Part shown: one piece after another, positions 53,686 to 64,000 of the stretch
How positions within the stretch are numbered: position 1 is the stretch's first letter
Layout: each line of letters starts with the position of its first letter
DNA from: Eledone cirrhosa
Lineage: Eukaryota
NCBI GenBank assembly: GCA_964016885.1
Contig: OZ024744.1
Span: forward strand, 59,272,001-59,336,000
Direction of reading: 5' to 3'
Length of the DNA stretch: 64,000 nt
Made by a program: the position numbers and the translations under genes
Notes under the pieces: model-generated
Databases searched by the model: none
Told to the model about the DNA's origin: nothing
Seen by the model: only the letters and a program-made list of their open reading frames with translations

Positions 53686-53828
53686 TACATTTACAATATA
53701 TATATATATATTATAATAATATATTATAATATATATATAATATATATATATATTATATATATATAATATATATATAATATATATATAATATATATAATAT
53801 ATATAATATACATATAATATATATATAT

Positions 53829-54908
53829 GAACCCAGATCCCCTCAGGGAAATGGCCTTGCTCAGTATGTAGGAAAGGTGTAGGTAGGAACTCCATTCTTT
53901 GCCCCAAATGCAAACAATGGGTACACAAGAGATGTAGCGGGATCTCAGGAAGCTTAATTAAGAATGTAGGATTCACATGCAGCAGCTGTGCTGAAACAGC
54001 AAGCAAACAGCCACAGGAAACAAGTACCACCAATCTCTGGGAGGGCCCTGTAGAAACAGTAGACAGCTTCTGCTACCTAGGTGACCGAATTAGCAACGGA
54101 GGTGGGTGCTCAGAAAGTACAATAACTAGGGTAAGAACGGGATGGAAGAAGTTTAGGGAACTACTACCACTGCTAGCTGCAAAAGGCTTCTCCCTCAGAA
54201 TGAAAGGCAGACTGTATGATGCGTGTATCCGAACAGCGATGTTGCATGGTAGTGAGACCTGGGCGCTGAAGGTGGAAGACTTACGTAGATTAGAGAGAAA
54301 CGAAGCCTGCATGCTCCGATGGATGTGTAACAGTAATATACGTGAACGACAAAGCATAAATGAATTGAGAGAGAGACTGAGCATAAGAGGAATCAAATGC
54401 TGCGTGCAGGAGAGGCGGTTACGCTGGTATGGACATGTGATGCGTATGAAGGATGACAGCTGCATAAAAAGGTGCAGAGCACTAGAAGTTGATGGAAACC
54501 GCGGAGTGGGGAGACCCAAGATGACTTGGGATGAGGTGATAAAAGCCGACCTTACCCAACTACACCTCTCAAAGTCAATGACACACGACCGTGACTTCTG
54601 GCGTCACGCAGTAATACAGGGTACCCGACCTCCCATGGGTACATGCTGAAGCATATAAACAATATGCCCCCCCCCACCGCAAGGTGGTCGTGGAGGTGCC
54701 ACGGCAAAAAAGCACCCAGCCCACACTGTAAAGTGGACGTGTAGGCGCCACGAAAAAGCACCCAGCACTCACTGTAAATGAGGTTGGTGTTAGGAAGGGC
54801 ATCCAGCTGTAGAAATCAAGCCAGATCAGTTCCTGTATGAGCAAGGCATGGTCAGCCGACCAGACACTGCCCACAACAGGACAACCCGTCTAACCCATGC
54901 TAGCGTGG
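53829..54908 (+). mobile_element. 5'-truncated RTE family A copy
   Basis: Nearly identical reverse complement of about 43197-44277, with the same translated C-terminus (MKGRLYD...PPMGTC). It lacks the (GAT)n tail. Confidence 0.95.
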
Positions 54909-55035
54909 GCTGGGTGCTTTTTTGCCGTGGCACCTCCACGACCACCTTGCGGTGGGGGGGGGGGGCATATTGTTTATATGCTTCAGCATGTACCCATGGG
55001 AGGTCGGGTACCCTGTATTACTGCGTGACGCCAGA
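54905..55035 (-). mobile_element. Inverted (fold-back) duplication of RTE family A 3' segment
   Basis: Reverse complement of 54597-54724, joined through a GTGG microhomology. Confidence 0.9.
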
Positions 55036-55156
55036 TAAATATATTATATATATAATATATATATTATATATATATATTATATATATAATATATATATATT
55101 ATAAATATATTATATATATAATATATATATATTATAAATATATATAATATATATAT

Positions 55157-55234
<78 letters not shown>

Positions 55235-55292
55235 ATATATATATAATATATATATTATATATATATATATATAATATATATATAATATGTAT

Positions 55293-55345
<53 letters not shown>

Positions 55346-55369
55346 TATATATTATATATATATTATATA

Positions 55370-55409
<40 letters not shown>

Positions 55410-55475
55410 TATAATATATATATATATAATATATATATATATAATATATATATATATATAATATATATATATAGA

Positions 55476-55513
<38 letters not shown>

Positions 55514-55919
55514 ACAACTGCCACCACCATCACTGACCATCCACCACCACCACGCTGATACCATCCACCACCACCACCACACTGACACCATCCACCACCG
55601 CCATTACCAGCGTAAAGCAAACAATTATTATTGTTATTATTATTATATACAAGCTGAACTGGACTGGGAAAGGTCAACAGTTGACATGATAGTGATTTTG
55701 ACTTTGACGATTTTGATTTTGTATCAGTACTGTCGGTAATATATGTATATATATATATATGTGTTTGAGAGTGGTGTGTGTGATTGTATGCATGAATGAG
55801 TGTTGGTATGTGTGGTTGTGGTTTGTATGCATGAGTATTGGTGTGTGAGTGTTTGTGTGTGCGTCGTGTCAATAAGTTTTTTTTTTTTTTTTTTTTAATG
55901 ACCATGCTGTAAAATGGAG

Positions 55920-58900
55920 GGGTAGAGAGGGCTCTTGAGTCTAGTAAGACATCCTCTCTAGTGCTGGTGGCACAAATAAAAGCACCCAGTCCATGCTGTA
56001 AAGTGGCACTGGTGTTAGGAAGGGCATCCAACCAGTGTATCAATGCCAAATCGCTTATCAGCACAGCAACAAATCAGCATAGGAACAACAAAATATGAAG
56101 ACGTCGCATCTCAGAGTTGCAACACTTAATGTTGGCACTCTCAGAGGTAGATCTGCTGAAATAGCGGAGATGCTGGAGAGAAGGCAGGTGGATGTGTGCT
56201 GCGTGCAAGAGGTGAGATGGAGAGGTGCCTCTACGAGACTAGTCGTAGGCAAGCGTCTTAGCTATAAGCTATTCTGGGTAGGTAAGGATGATGGGTTAGG
56301 GGGAGTAGGCATTTTCCTGGCTGAGAAATGGATCAATAAGACAATAGAGGTAGTTCGAGTTAGTAATCGAATAATTAAGCTTAGATTAGTTGTAGGAGAC
56401 TACTGACAATCATCTCGGTCTATGCTCCCCAAGCAGGCCTAGGCAAAGATGAGAAAGACTGCTTTTATGAGCAACTTTTGCAAACAACCACAATGACAGA
56501 GGACGGAGACATCGTTATGCTAGCAGGAGACTTCAATGGTCATGTTGGACAGCTCCAGGATGGTTACACTGGGGTACATGGTGGGCACGGTAACGGTTCA
56601 AGAAATGAAGAAGGAGTGAGACTTCTTGAATTTTGTGATGCGAGTACATTGACTATTTGCAACACAAACTTCCAGAAACCTGCCAATCACCTAATAACCT
56701 ACAAATCTGGTGAGCACATAAGCCAAATTGACTTCCTGCTAGTTAGGCAGCGGGACAGGCAGATAGTGTCTAATACCAAGGCATACCCTGGGGAAGAATG
56801 TACCCCACAGCATAGGTTAGTTGTTAGTGATATCTCAGTAAGCAAGAGATGGAATGAGACATATAGGAAGGTGTGGAGAAGAAAGGTCTGGAAGCTAAAA
56901 GACCTTTCACTAAAATACAAATTTAGGAAAGCCCTTCAAGATGTATATGACAAAAAAGAAGACGATTTAGAGACGCATGACATAGATAATAACTGGAAGT
57001 TCTTACGTGACAACTTGCTGCAGGCTACTGATGAAACCTATGGCTGGAGCAGAGCGCCAACCAGACAGAGAGTGACCTGGTGGTGGAACAGCACAGTAGA
57101 TAAGGCTATTAGAGACAAAAGACTAGCGTGGAAGGCTTGGAAAAAGGGTGGGAGTAGGGAAGAATATACAGCCACTAAGAGAGAAGCTAGACGTCAGGTG
57201 TACTTAGCACGCAGGGAGGCAGAGAGTAGAAGGTTTGCCAATGTTCTGCGACGGGAAGATCAGAGGCGTGCGGTGTTCCACATTGCAAGGCAGTGTGTCA
57301 ATGCAAATCAGGATGTTGTTGGAGATAAATGTGTCCGGGATGATGCCGGTGTACTTAGTGTCACGAATGCCCAGAAAAAGGAGGCCTGGAAATGTCATTA
57401 TGAGAGACTGATGAATGTGGAGAACGAATGGGAGAGAGAGAAATTACCCTTGGTAGATCCGACAGAGGGACCAGCTATTGAGATTGACGAATATAGGGTC
57501 CAAGAGGCGATTAGGGAAATGAAAAATGGTAAGGCGGCCGGACCATCGGGAATAGTTGCTGAGATGCTGAAGGCATCAGGGGACGTAGGCACTAAACTGG
57601 TTGCACGCATCATCAATCAGGCTATATATGGTGGTGTCATACCCAAAGACTGGTGCAGCAGCATTCTCATAAATTGCTACAAAGGTAAAGGGGATGCTTT
57701 GGAGAGGAGCAATTATAGATCAGGTTATGAAAGTGGCAGAAAGGATTTTAGCACAACTAATTAGAGAAAGGGTCAAACTAGATGAGATGCAGTTTGGTTT
57801 TGTGCCTGGCAAGAGTACAACAGATGCCCTCTTCTTGGTGAGACAAATGCAAGAGAGATTCTTAGAGAAGAATAAGCCACTATACTTAGCCTTTGTTGAC
57901 CTAGAGAAGGCCTTTGATAGGGTACCCCGATCTGTCATCTGGTGGTCCCTAAGGAAGCTAGGTGTTGAGGAATGGCTTGTGAGGACAGTGCAAACTTTGT
58001 ACAGAGGTACTCTCAGTAAAGTCAGGGTAGGAATGGAGTTTAGTGAGGAATTCCAGATACAAGTAGGAGTACATCAGGGTTCGGTCCTCATCCCGCTCTT
58101 GTTCATTATAGTCCTCCAAGCCATAACAGAGGAGTTTAAGACTGGCTGTCCATGGGAACTTCTCTATGCTGACGATCTGGCTCTTATAGCAGAATCAGTA
58201 GAGGAGCTAGAGAATAAATTCTGGCTATGGAAACAGCAGTTGGAAGCAAGAGAACTGAGAGTAAATCTAGTTAAGACAAAAGTGTTGATGAGTAGAAAAG
58301 AGGACAAACCCTGATTCCGTCAGGGAAATGGCCATGTTCGATATGCAGAAAAGGAACTGGCATAAATTCTATAAAATGCACACAATGCAGGTCCTGGGTA
58401 CACAAGAGATGTAGCGGGATAGCAGGCAAACTAACAGGTAGGGAGAAATATGTATGCAGTAGATGTACAGGGAAATTAGACAGTAGAAGTCGCACTGATA
58501 GACACATTTTTCAAATGCGAGAGGGCGCTATAGAAGTGGTGGATAGCTTCCGGTACCTAGGAGATGAGATTAGCATGGGAAGGAGGGTGTTCCGAGGCCA
58601 TAGTATCTAGAATAAGGACGGGTTGGAAGAAGTTTAGGGAGCTGCTTCCTCTGTTGACGAAGAAGGGTTTCTCCCTGCGTACGAAAGGCCGGTTGTATGA
58701 TGCCTGTGTGAGGAGCGCGATGCTGCATGGTAGTGAGACATGGGCAGCAACCGCAGAGGATATGCGACGGCTGGAGAGAAATGAGGCAAGCATGCTCCGT
58801 TGGATGTGCAGTGTAAATGTGCGTGAACGACCCAGCATAAATGTGTTGAGAGAGAAACTGTGTCTGAGAGGGATAGAATGTAGTGCACGGGAGAGGAGAC

Positions 58901-59172
58901 TGAGGTGGTATGGACATGTGATGCGCATGGAGGATGACCGATGGGTGAAGAAATGCCAGGAAATGCCAGTTGAAGGAAGACGTGGTAGAGGTAGACCACG
59001 AAAAACATGGGCGGAGGTGGTGAGAACAGACCTCAGATCATTGAAGCTCATGGCGGAGATGACGAGGGACCGTGACGAGTGGAGAGATGCTGTGCTGAAT
59101 AAGACCCGTCCCACCCTTGCAAGCAGGGAAAAGCGGACGTAAAATGATGATGATGATGATGATGATGATGAT
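55920..59172 (+). pseudogene. Degraded full-length RTE LINE (family C)
   Basis: Frameshifted ORFs 56095-56406 (APE N-terminus), 56478-57764, 57694-58314 (RT, YADD) and 58564-59142. The stop codon runs directly into the (GAT)n tail. The 5' UTR carries the GGAAGGGCATCC motif. Confidence 0.93.
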
Positions 59173-59329
59173 ATTATATATATATATATTATATATTATA
59201 TATATATTATATATATATATATTATATATTATATATATATTATATATTATATATATATTATATATATATTATATATATATTATATAAATATATTATATAT
59301 ATATATTATATAAATATATATATATATTA

Positions 59330-59360
<31 letters not shown>

Positions 59361-59361
<1 letters not shown>

Positions 59362-59717
59362 CATCATCATCATCACCGTTTTACGTCCTTCTTCCACGCT
59401 AGCATGGGTTAGACGGGTTGTCCTGTTGTGGGCAGTGTCTGGTCGGCTGACCATGCCTTGCTCATACAGGAACTGATTCTGGCTTGATTTCTACAGCTGG
59501 ATGCCCTTCCTAACACCAACCTCATTTACAGTGAATGCTGGGTGCTTTTTCGTGGCGTCTACACGTCCACTTTACAGTGTGGGCTGGGTGCTTTTTTGCC
59601 GTGGCACCTCCACGACCACCTTGCGGTGGGGGGTGTGGGGGCATATTGTCTATATGCTTCAGCTTGTACCCATGGGAGGTCGGGTACTCATCGGAGGTCG
59701 GGTACTTTGTATTACTA
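59361..59717 (-). mobile_element. RTE family A 3' end fragment
   Basis: Matches about 43158-43495 including the (CAT)n tail, with a small internal duplication of GGAGGTCGGGTAC. Confidence 0.9.
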
Positions 59718-59822
59718 TTATATATATATATATAAGAGATGTCAACATAAATGGACCTGTTATTTTTATTGAATGACATTTTTCCAATTCCAACCCTTCA
59801 ATATATTTTATTTCTCATTCTA

Positions 59823-59858
59823 TCTTCTAATGAAGGACTAGCATCCGAAACGTTAAGA
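59823..59858 (+). ncRNA. Degenerate minimal hammerhead (G5A), Penelope-type remnant
   Basis: UCUU-CUAAUGA-A-GGA(CUAGCA)UCC-GAAAC-GUU-AAGA, with palindromic AACGUU stem III. Core G5 is mutated. Confidence 0.55.
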
Positions 59859-59942
59859 CCCTCTTCTTACTATTTCAAGCATTAACCTAATATATTCCTT
59901 CCATATACTGTACCGATTGTGTTGTTATTTCTGTTTATCTTT

Positions 59943-60012
<70 letters not shown>

Positions 60013-61041
60013 CATATATCAGACAACCAATCTTGCCTCAAGTGGGACAATTCCCATCTAAACCCATGCTAGCGTGGAAGATAGAGACGTTAAATGATGA
60101 TGATGATGATGATATGTATATATTATTTATATATGAATGAATTTGTATACACATATAATCATTCTCATGATTTTATGTCAAAATTGCCATGCTCTCATGG
60201 GTCGGATGGGACTTTTCAATGTAATGTTCTAGCCCTTCCTGATACTAATCCTTTTAGTTACTTGGCACGCAGGGATATAGTATGTACTTATTCTAAACTA
60301 GATACATATGGTTAATATGTATACTTATAACGTTTTGTTTTCTCTGCTTCAGCTTGTTTATATGTAAGTCTGTGGGTATATATGTGTGGAGTCTTCATCT
60401 GACACACTGTTTAAATCCACCACTTGTCGCCCTTCATTTAGCAGAGTTGACTGTATTGCAAGCATTCAGAGAAGGTCACACATTTGAGTAAACCTTCATA
60501 ACTCCTTCCATTCCTCACCCCAGCCTCTGAGGCCCTGAAAAGGGTAATGGGCACTGCCATTGTGTCCATAACTAAACAGTAATATGTATGTGTATGTATG
60601 TACGTAAATATGTATGAATGAGTGTATATGTGTGTGTATATGTGTGTGTATGTGTATATGTATGTATATGAACGTATGTATGTTATGTGTGTATCTGTAT
60701 GTACATGCATATGCATGTGTGCATGTATGTATGCATGCATCTACGATGTGTATGTGTGTGCATGCATATATGTATATGTTATGTGTGTGTGGGAATATAC
60801 GTATGTGTGTGTATTCTGCATGTAAGAGTGCTGAGTCAGACATTCTTACCCAAATGTAGCAGTGACTACAATATTTGAATAAAACAGTAAGAAATTGTAC
60901 AAAGAGAATAGTTTATAAATTTTAAACATAGTTTAGAGTGGGTGAGGTTATTAAAGATAAAAACAGAATATTTGTATAACAACATATGTCTGGGTATGGG
61001 TAAATGAAAGTATGTGTGGATGTGTGTGAATTTGATGTGCG

Positions 61042-61079
<38 letters not shown>

Positions 61080-61237
61080 TATGCATATACACTGTTATAA
61101 AAAGACGAGTTTAGTATAAATAGTTGCAACAGTGACATATACAGGTACTTAAGTTTCGTTGAGTTCTGGGCCCCAACTCTTTCAGTCTGTCATAAGACAA
61201 AAAATTTTTTTTTATGACTGTCACTGTTGTAACTATT

Positions 61238-61297
<60 letters not shown>

Positions 61298-62080
61298 CGA
61301 AATCTATCCGCGCCTTGAACCTTGAGTGACACCTAGAGATCAAATTCTAGGTCAACACCCTTTTGATGTGATCAAGTTCATGCGTGGGCTGTCCCCTCAG
61401 GTTGGGAGACAGGAAGTGACAGCTATATATAGAGCCTGTATCAAGCTATTTACAGCAGATACATCAGAGCATTACACCTATAACAAACTATGTAAGGATT
61501 CACTGCTATCAATAGACCCCAAGAGTCTACAGATACACCCAGAGTGATTGGAACCCGACTACTATAGAACACAAATGTGGAAGATTCACCGCTGTCTGCA
61601 GGCCATGGTAGTTCACAGTTACGACAGACCATAACAGAGGTATACAAACCATATCTCTCTCTCTCTTACTAACTACGGTCTCACAACTACTACCACAGAC
61701 TCCAAATTCCAACAACAACAACAACAATTATCTATCGCTCGCTGTTTTCACACCAACAACAGACTACAACAGCCTCACATCAACAACAAAATAATATTGT
61801 CAATCTTTGCAACTTATGGTAACTTGTTTATTGTACCTTTTAATTGATTCACGTGAAGTAAACTATATATAAACCAAATCATTTATTCTTATATTCTCGT
61901 TATTACATTTATTATTATTATTGTTATTTTATCTAAACAACCATGCTAATCCATTTAACAATAACTATTTCTTAATTCACGTTAACCCTTCGTTAAATAT
62001 ATATATATATTAGAAAGTGAGGTTTCTTTTACAAAATGAAAAATAACCGAGGTGTCCTACACGAGTGAAAGTATAAAGAG

Positions 62081-62179
62081 AAAAGATGAAATCGAAAATG
62101 CAACTGGAGTCTTATTTAAAAAAAATATATATATATTTTTTAAAATAAGACTCCAGTTGCATTTTTGATTTCATCTTTT
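62081..62179. repeat. Inverted repeat, arms of about 37 bp; same module as the outer arms of the 63686-63978 palindrome
   Basis: AAAAGATGAAATCGAAAATGCAACTGGAGTCTTATTT and its reverse complement. 62050-62117 also matches the reverse complement of about 63930-64000. Confidence 0.9.
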
Positions 62180-62182
62180 TTT

Positions 62183-62222
<40 letters not shown>

Positions 62223-62263
62223 AAGAACACAAGAGCGTCTACAACATCAAAAGATTTTTATTG

Positions 62264-62308
62264 GCTTACAATGTTTCTTCCTTACGTAACCGTAGGATTC
62301 GTCAGAGC
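62264..62308 (-). ncRNA. Minimal type I hammerhead ribozyme motif
   Basis: GCU-CUGACGA-A-UCCUACG(GUUA)CGUAAGGA-A-GAAAC-AUU-GUA-AGC. The core is canonical, with a 3-bp stem I and an A.A pair at the base of stem II. Confidence 0.65.
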
Positions 62309-62939
62309 TATAAAAGGGGTTTGATTGGTGTTATGGACTCTACCAACCAAACATTCAAGAACAAAGAGTAAAGAGAGTAAAGAGCAAAAGTAGGGGACGA
62401 TAAGTCTAATTTTGGTGCGGGAGGGTGGGGTGTGGGTCCTTGTTTACTAGCTGCGGTCATATTCATTCCCGGGAGTCGGGTGGTTAGCTGAACCATAGAT
62501 GGGGTGGCGTCGATAGTATGGTGCAGAGGGTGCGCATAGGCTACACAAACACAAAGGGAATACAATATATATATATATAGCGGAGGAGAAGGTATATGAG
62601 GTAATTAGAAATGGAAAAAGAGTAATAAATCTATAATTAATAGTGTATAATAAGGCATGGGGAAGATTACACTATAATAAGGTATAAAAGTAAGAATAAG
62701 GTAAAATATAAAGGAGGATAAAAGTGGAAATAATAATAAAGATAAAAAAATATATAGAGAATATATAAAGAAATATAAGCGAATATTTGGAGGGGAAAAC
62801 ACAATGTAAAAAAAACGATTTTTTTCAAGTAATAATAAAAATATAATAATTATGGGGGGAGAAAACGGGATAGAGAAATATGATCAAGTGTGATTAGTTG
62901 AGAGAATATAAGATGATAATAGTTTATACATGTCAAGGT

Positions 62940-63400
62940 TATACATCTTAATAATAAATAATCTGTGTATCAGAGTTGCAGAACCTTCAATTCACTTACA
63001 GGTTCAAGCCACGTGGCATAGTCCATTGTTTATTTGTGCGGTCATTCGCGTTTGTTTTTGACACCACAGCAGATGCACAAGTTCGTAAATTCCAATGCAG
63101 ATAGAAATCTATTTTTGCTCACCCGGACATTGACGGAGGATCCAATATTCCTAGTTCAATATGTGTGTGGTGTTATTTTGGTCGCACAAATCAATCACTT
63201 GGTTCAATATTATGGAGTATGGTTTTCTGGTCTTCGTAACAGTGTCAGTGGTTGTATATCTGGAAATCACAGGGATCACAGTACTCCGGTTTGGTGTGAT
63301 TATCGGTCATCCAGTTATGTTGTTGGTGGTTGGATTCAATTCTATTCGCCCGAACGTTGAACTTTGGTGTCGATAGGACATTAACGAGGCAGGGTGAGAT
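62940..63400 (-). mobile_element. Probable Penelope-like element 3' remnant
   Basis: The minus strand ends ...KRE*...WTMPRGLNL*, resembling the P-x-GLN C-terminus of PLE GIY-YIG proteins. It lies upstream of the 62264 hammerhead on the same strand. Confidence 0.4.
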
Positions 63401-63402
63401 CG

Positions 63403-63461
<59 letters not shown>

Positions 63462-63482
63462 AGTAAGTAAGACCCCGACGGC

Positions 63483-63534
63483 TGAGTACTTTGGTGCGTT
63501 ATGGTCCACCTGGTTCCTTACCACTTTTCCCTCG

Positions 63535-63570
<36 letters not shown>

Positions 63571-63626
63571 AAAACGAAGGAAATGTGGTAAGGAACCAGG
63601 TGGACCATAACGCACCAAAGTACTCA
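63483..63626. repeat. Inverted repeat, arms of about 52 bp around (TA)n
   Basis: TGAGTACTTTGGTGCGTTATGGTCCACCTGGTTCCTTACCAC... and its reverse complement. Confidence 0.92.
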
Positions 63627-63761
63627 ATACTTGAGGTAGTAGAGTGGGTAATAGGAACTGCATAGCGGTCTTACTGATTCCTATATATAAAGAAAAAGAG
63701 ATGAAATCGAAAATGCAACTGGAGTCTTATTTTTTTTAAAAGTATATATATTTATTTGGTT

Positions 63762-63799
63762 CTTTTACCGGTTTCGCAGTTCTTCTGCTTTTCAAAAGG
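63762..63799 (-). ncRNA. Mirror copy of the U3-A8 hammerhead
   Basis: Reverse complement of 63865-63902 with one stem I mismatch (AAAG instead of AAGG). Confidence 0.65.
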
Positions 63800-63864
63800 T
63801 GAGTTGAGATGGAGGGTCTGTGGTTTTTCTCACAGAAAAACCACAGACCCTCCATCTCAACTCA

Positions 63865-63902
63865 CCTTTTGAAAAGCAGAAGAACTGCGAAACCGGTAAA
63901 GG
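63865..63902 (+). ncRNA. Minimal type I hammerhead ribozyme, U3-A8 variant (Penelope-type)
   Basis: CCUU-UUGAAAA-GCAG(AAGAA)CUGC-GAAA-CCGG-UA-AAGG. Stem I CCUU/AAGG, stem II GCAG/CUGC, palindromic stem III ACCGGU, GUA cleavage triplet. Confidence 0.72.
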
Positions 63903-64000
63903 AACCAAATAAATATATATATTTTTTTTAAAAATAAGACTTCAGTTGCATTTTCGATTTCATCTCTTTTTCTTTATACTTCCACTCGTGTAGGACACCT

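Larger units (their letters stand above)
63686..63978. repeat. Near-perfect palindrome, arms of about 145 bp, 3-nt loop (CAC, 63831-63833)
   Basis: The arms are direct reverse complements with few mismatches. Confidence 0.95.

Overview
Eukaryotic, AT-rich, repeat-dominated window. SINE/RTE families and (TA)n/(ATG)n content suggest an Octopus-like cephalopod; this is inference, not a database result. Four GT-AG exons on the minus strand (35156-35225, 31299-31429, 30376-30464, 20092-20191) splice in frame into part of an AtuA/DUF1446 (acyclic terpene utilisation-like) protein. No other exons were recognised, so the rest of the window is probably intron. The left part holds about 12 kb of CA-rich triplet-derived arrays and a 5.5 kb satellite with a higher-order duplication. 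The right part (40-64 kb) is a nest of elements embedded in (TA)n: one intact 1039-aa RTE-clade LINE ORF with a C4HC3 PHD-like finger inside the RT region, two degraded relatives, an internally deleted bipartite derivative, two LINE fragments with twin-priming-like 5' inversions, Helitron fragments, and Penelope-type remnants with minimal hammerhead ribozymes. One hammerhead is a U3-A8 covariant sitting in a roughly 290-bp palindrome. No prokaryotic genes or CRISPR arrays were seen. Element boundaries were read by eye and are approximate.
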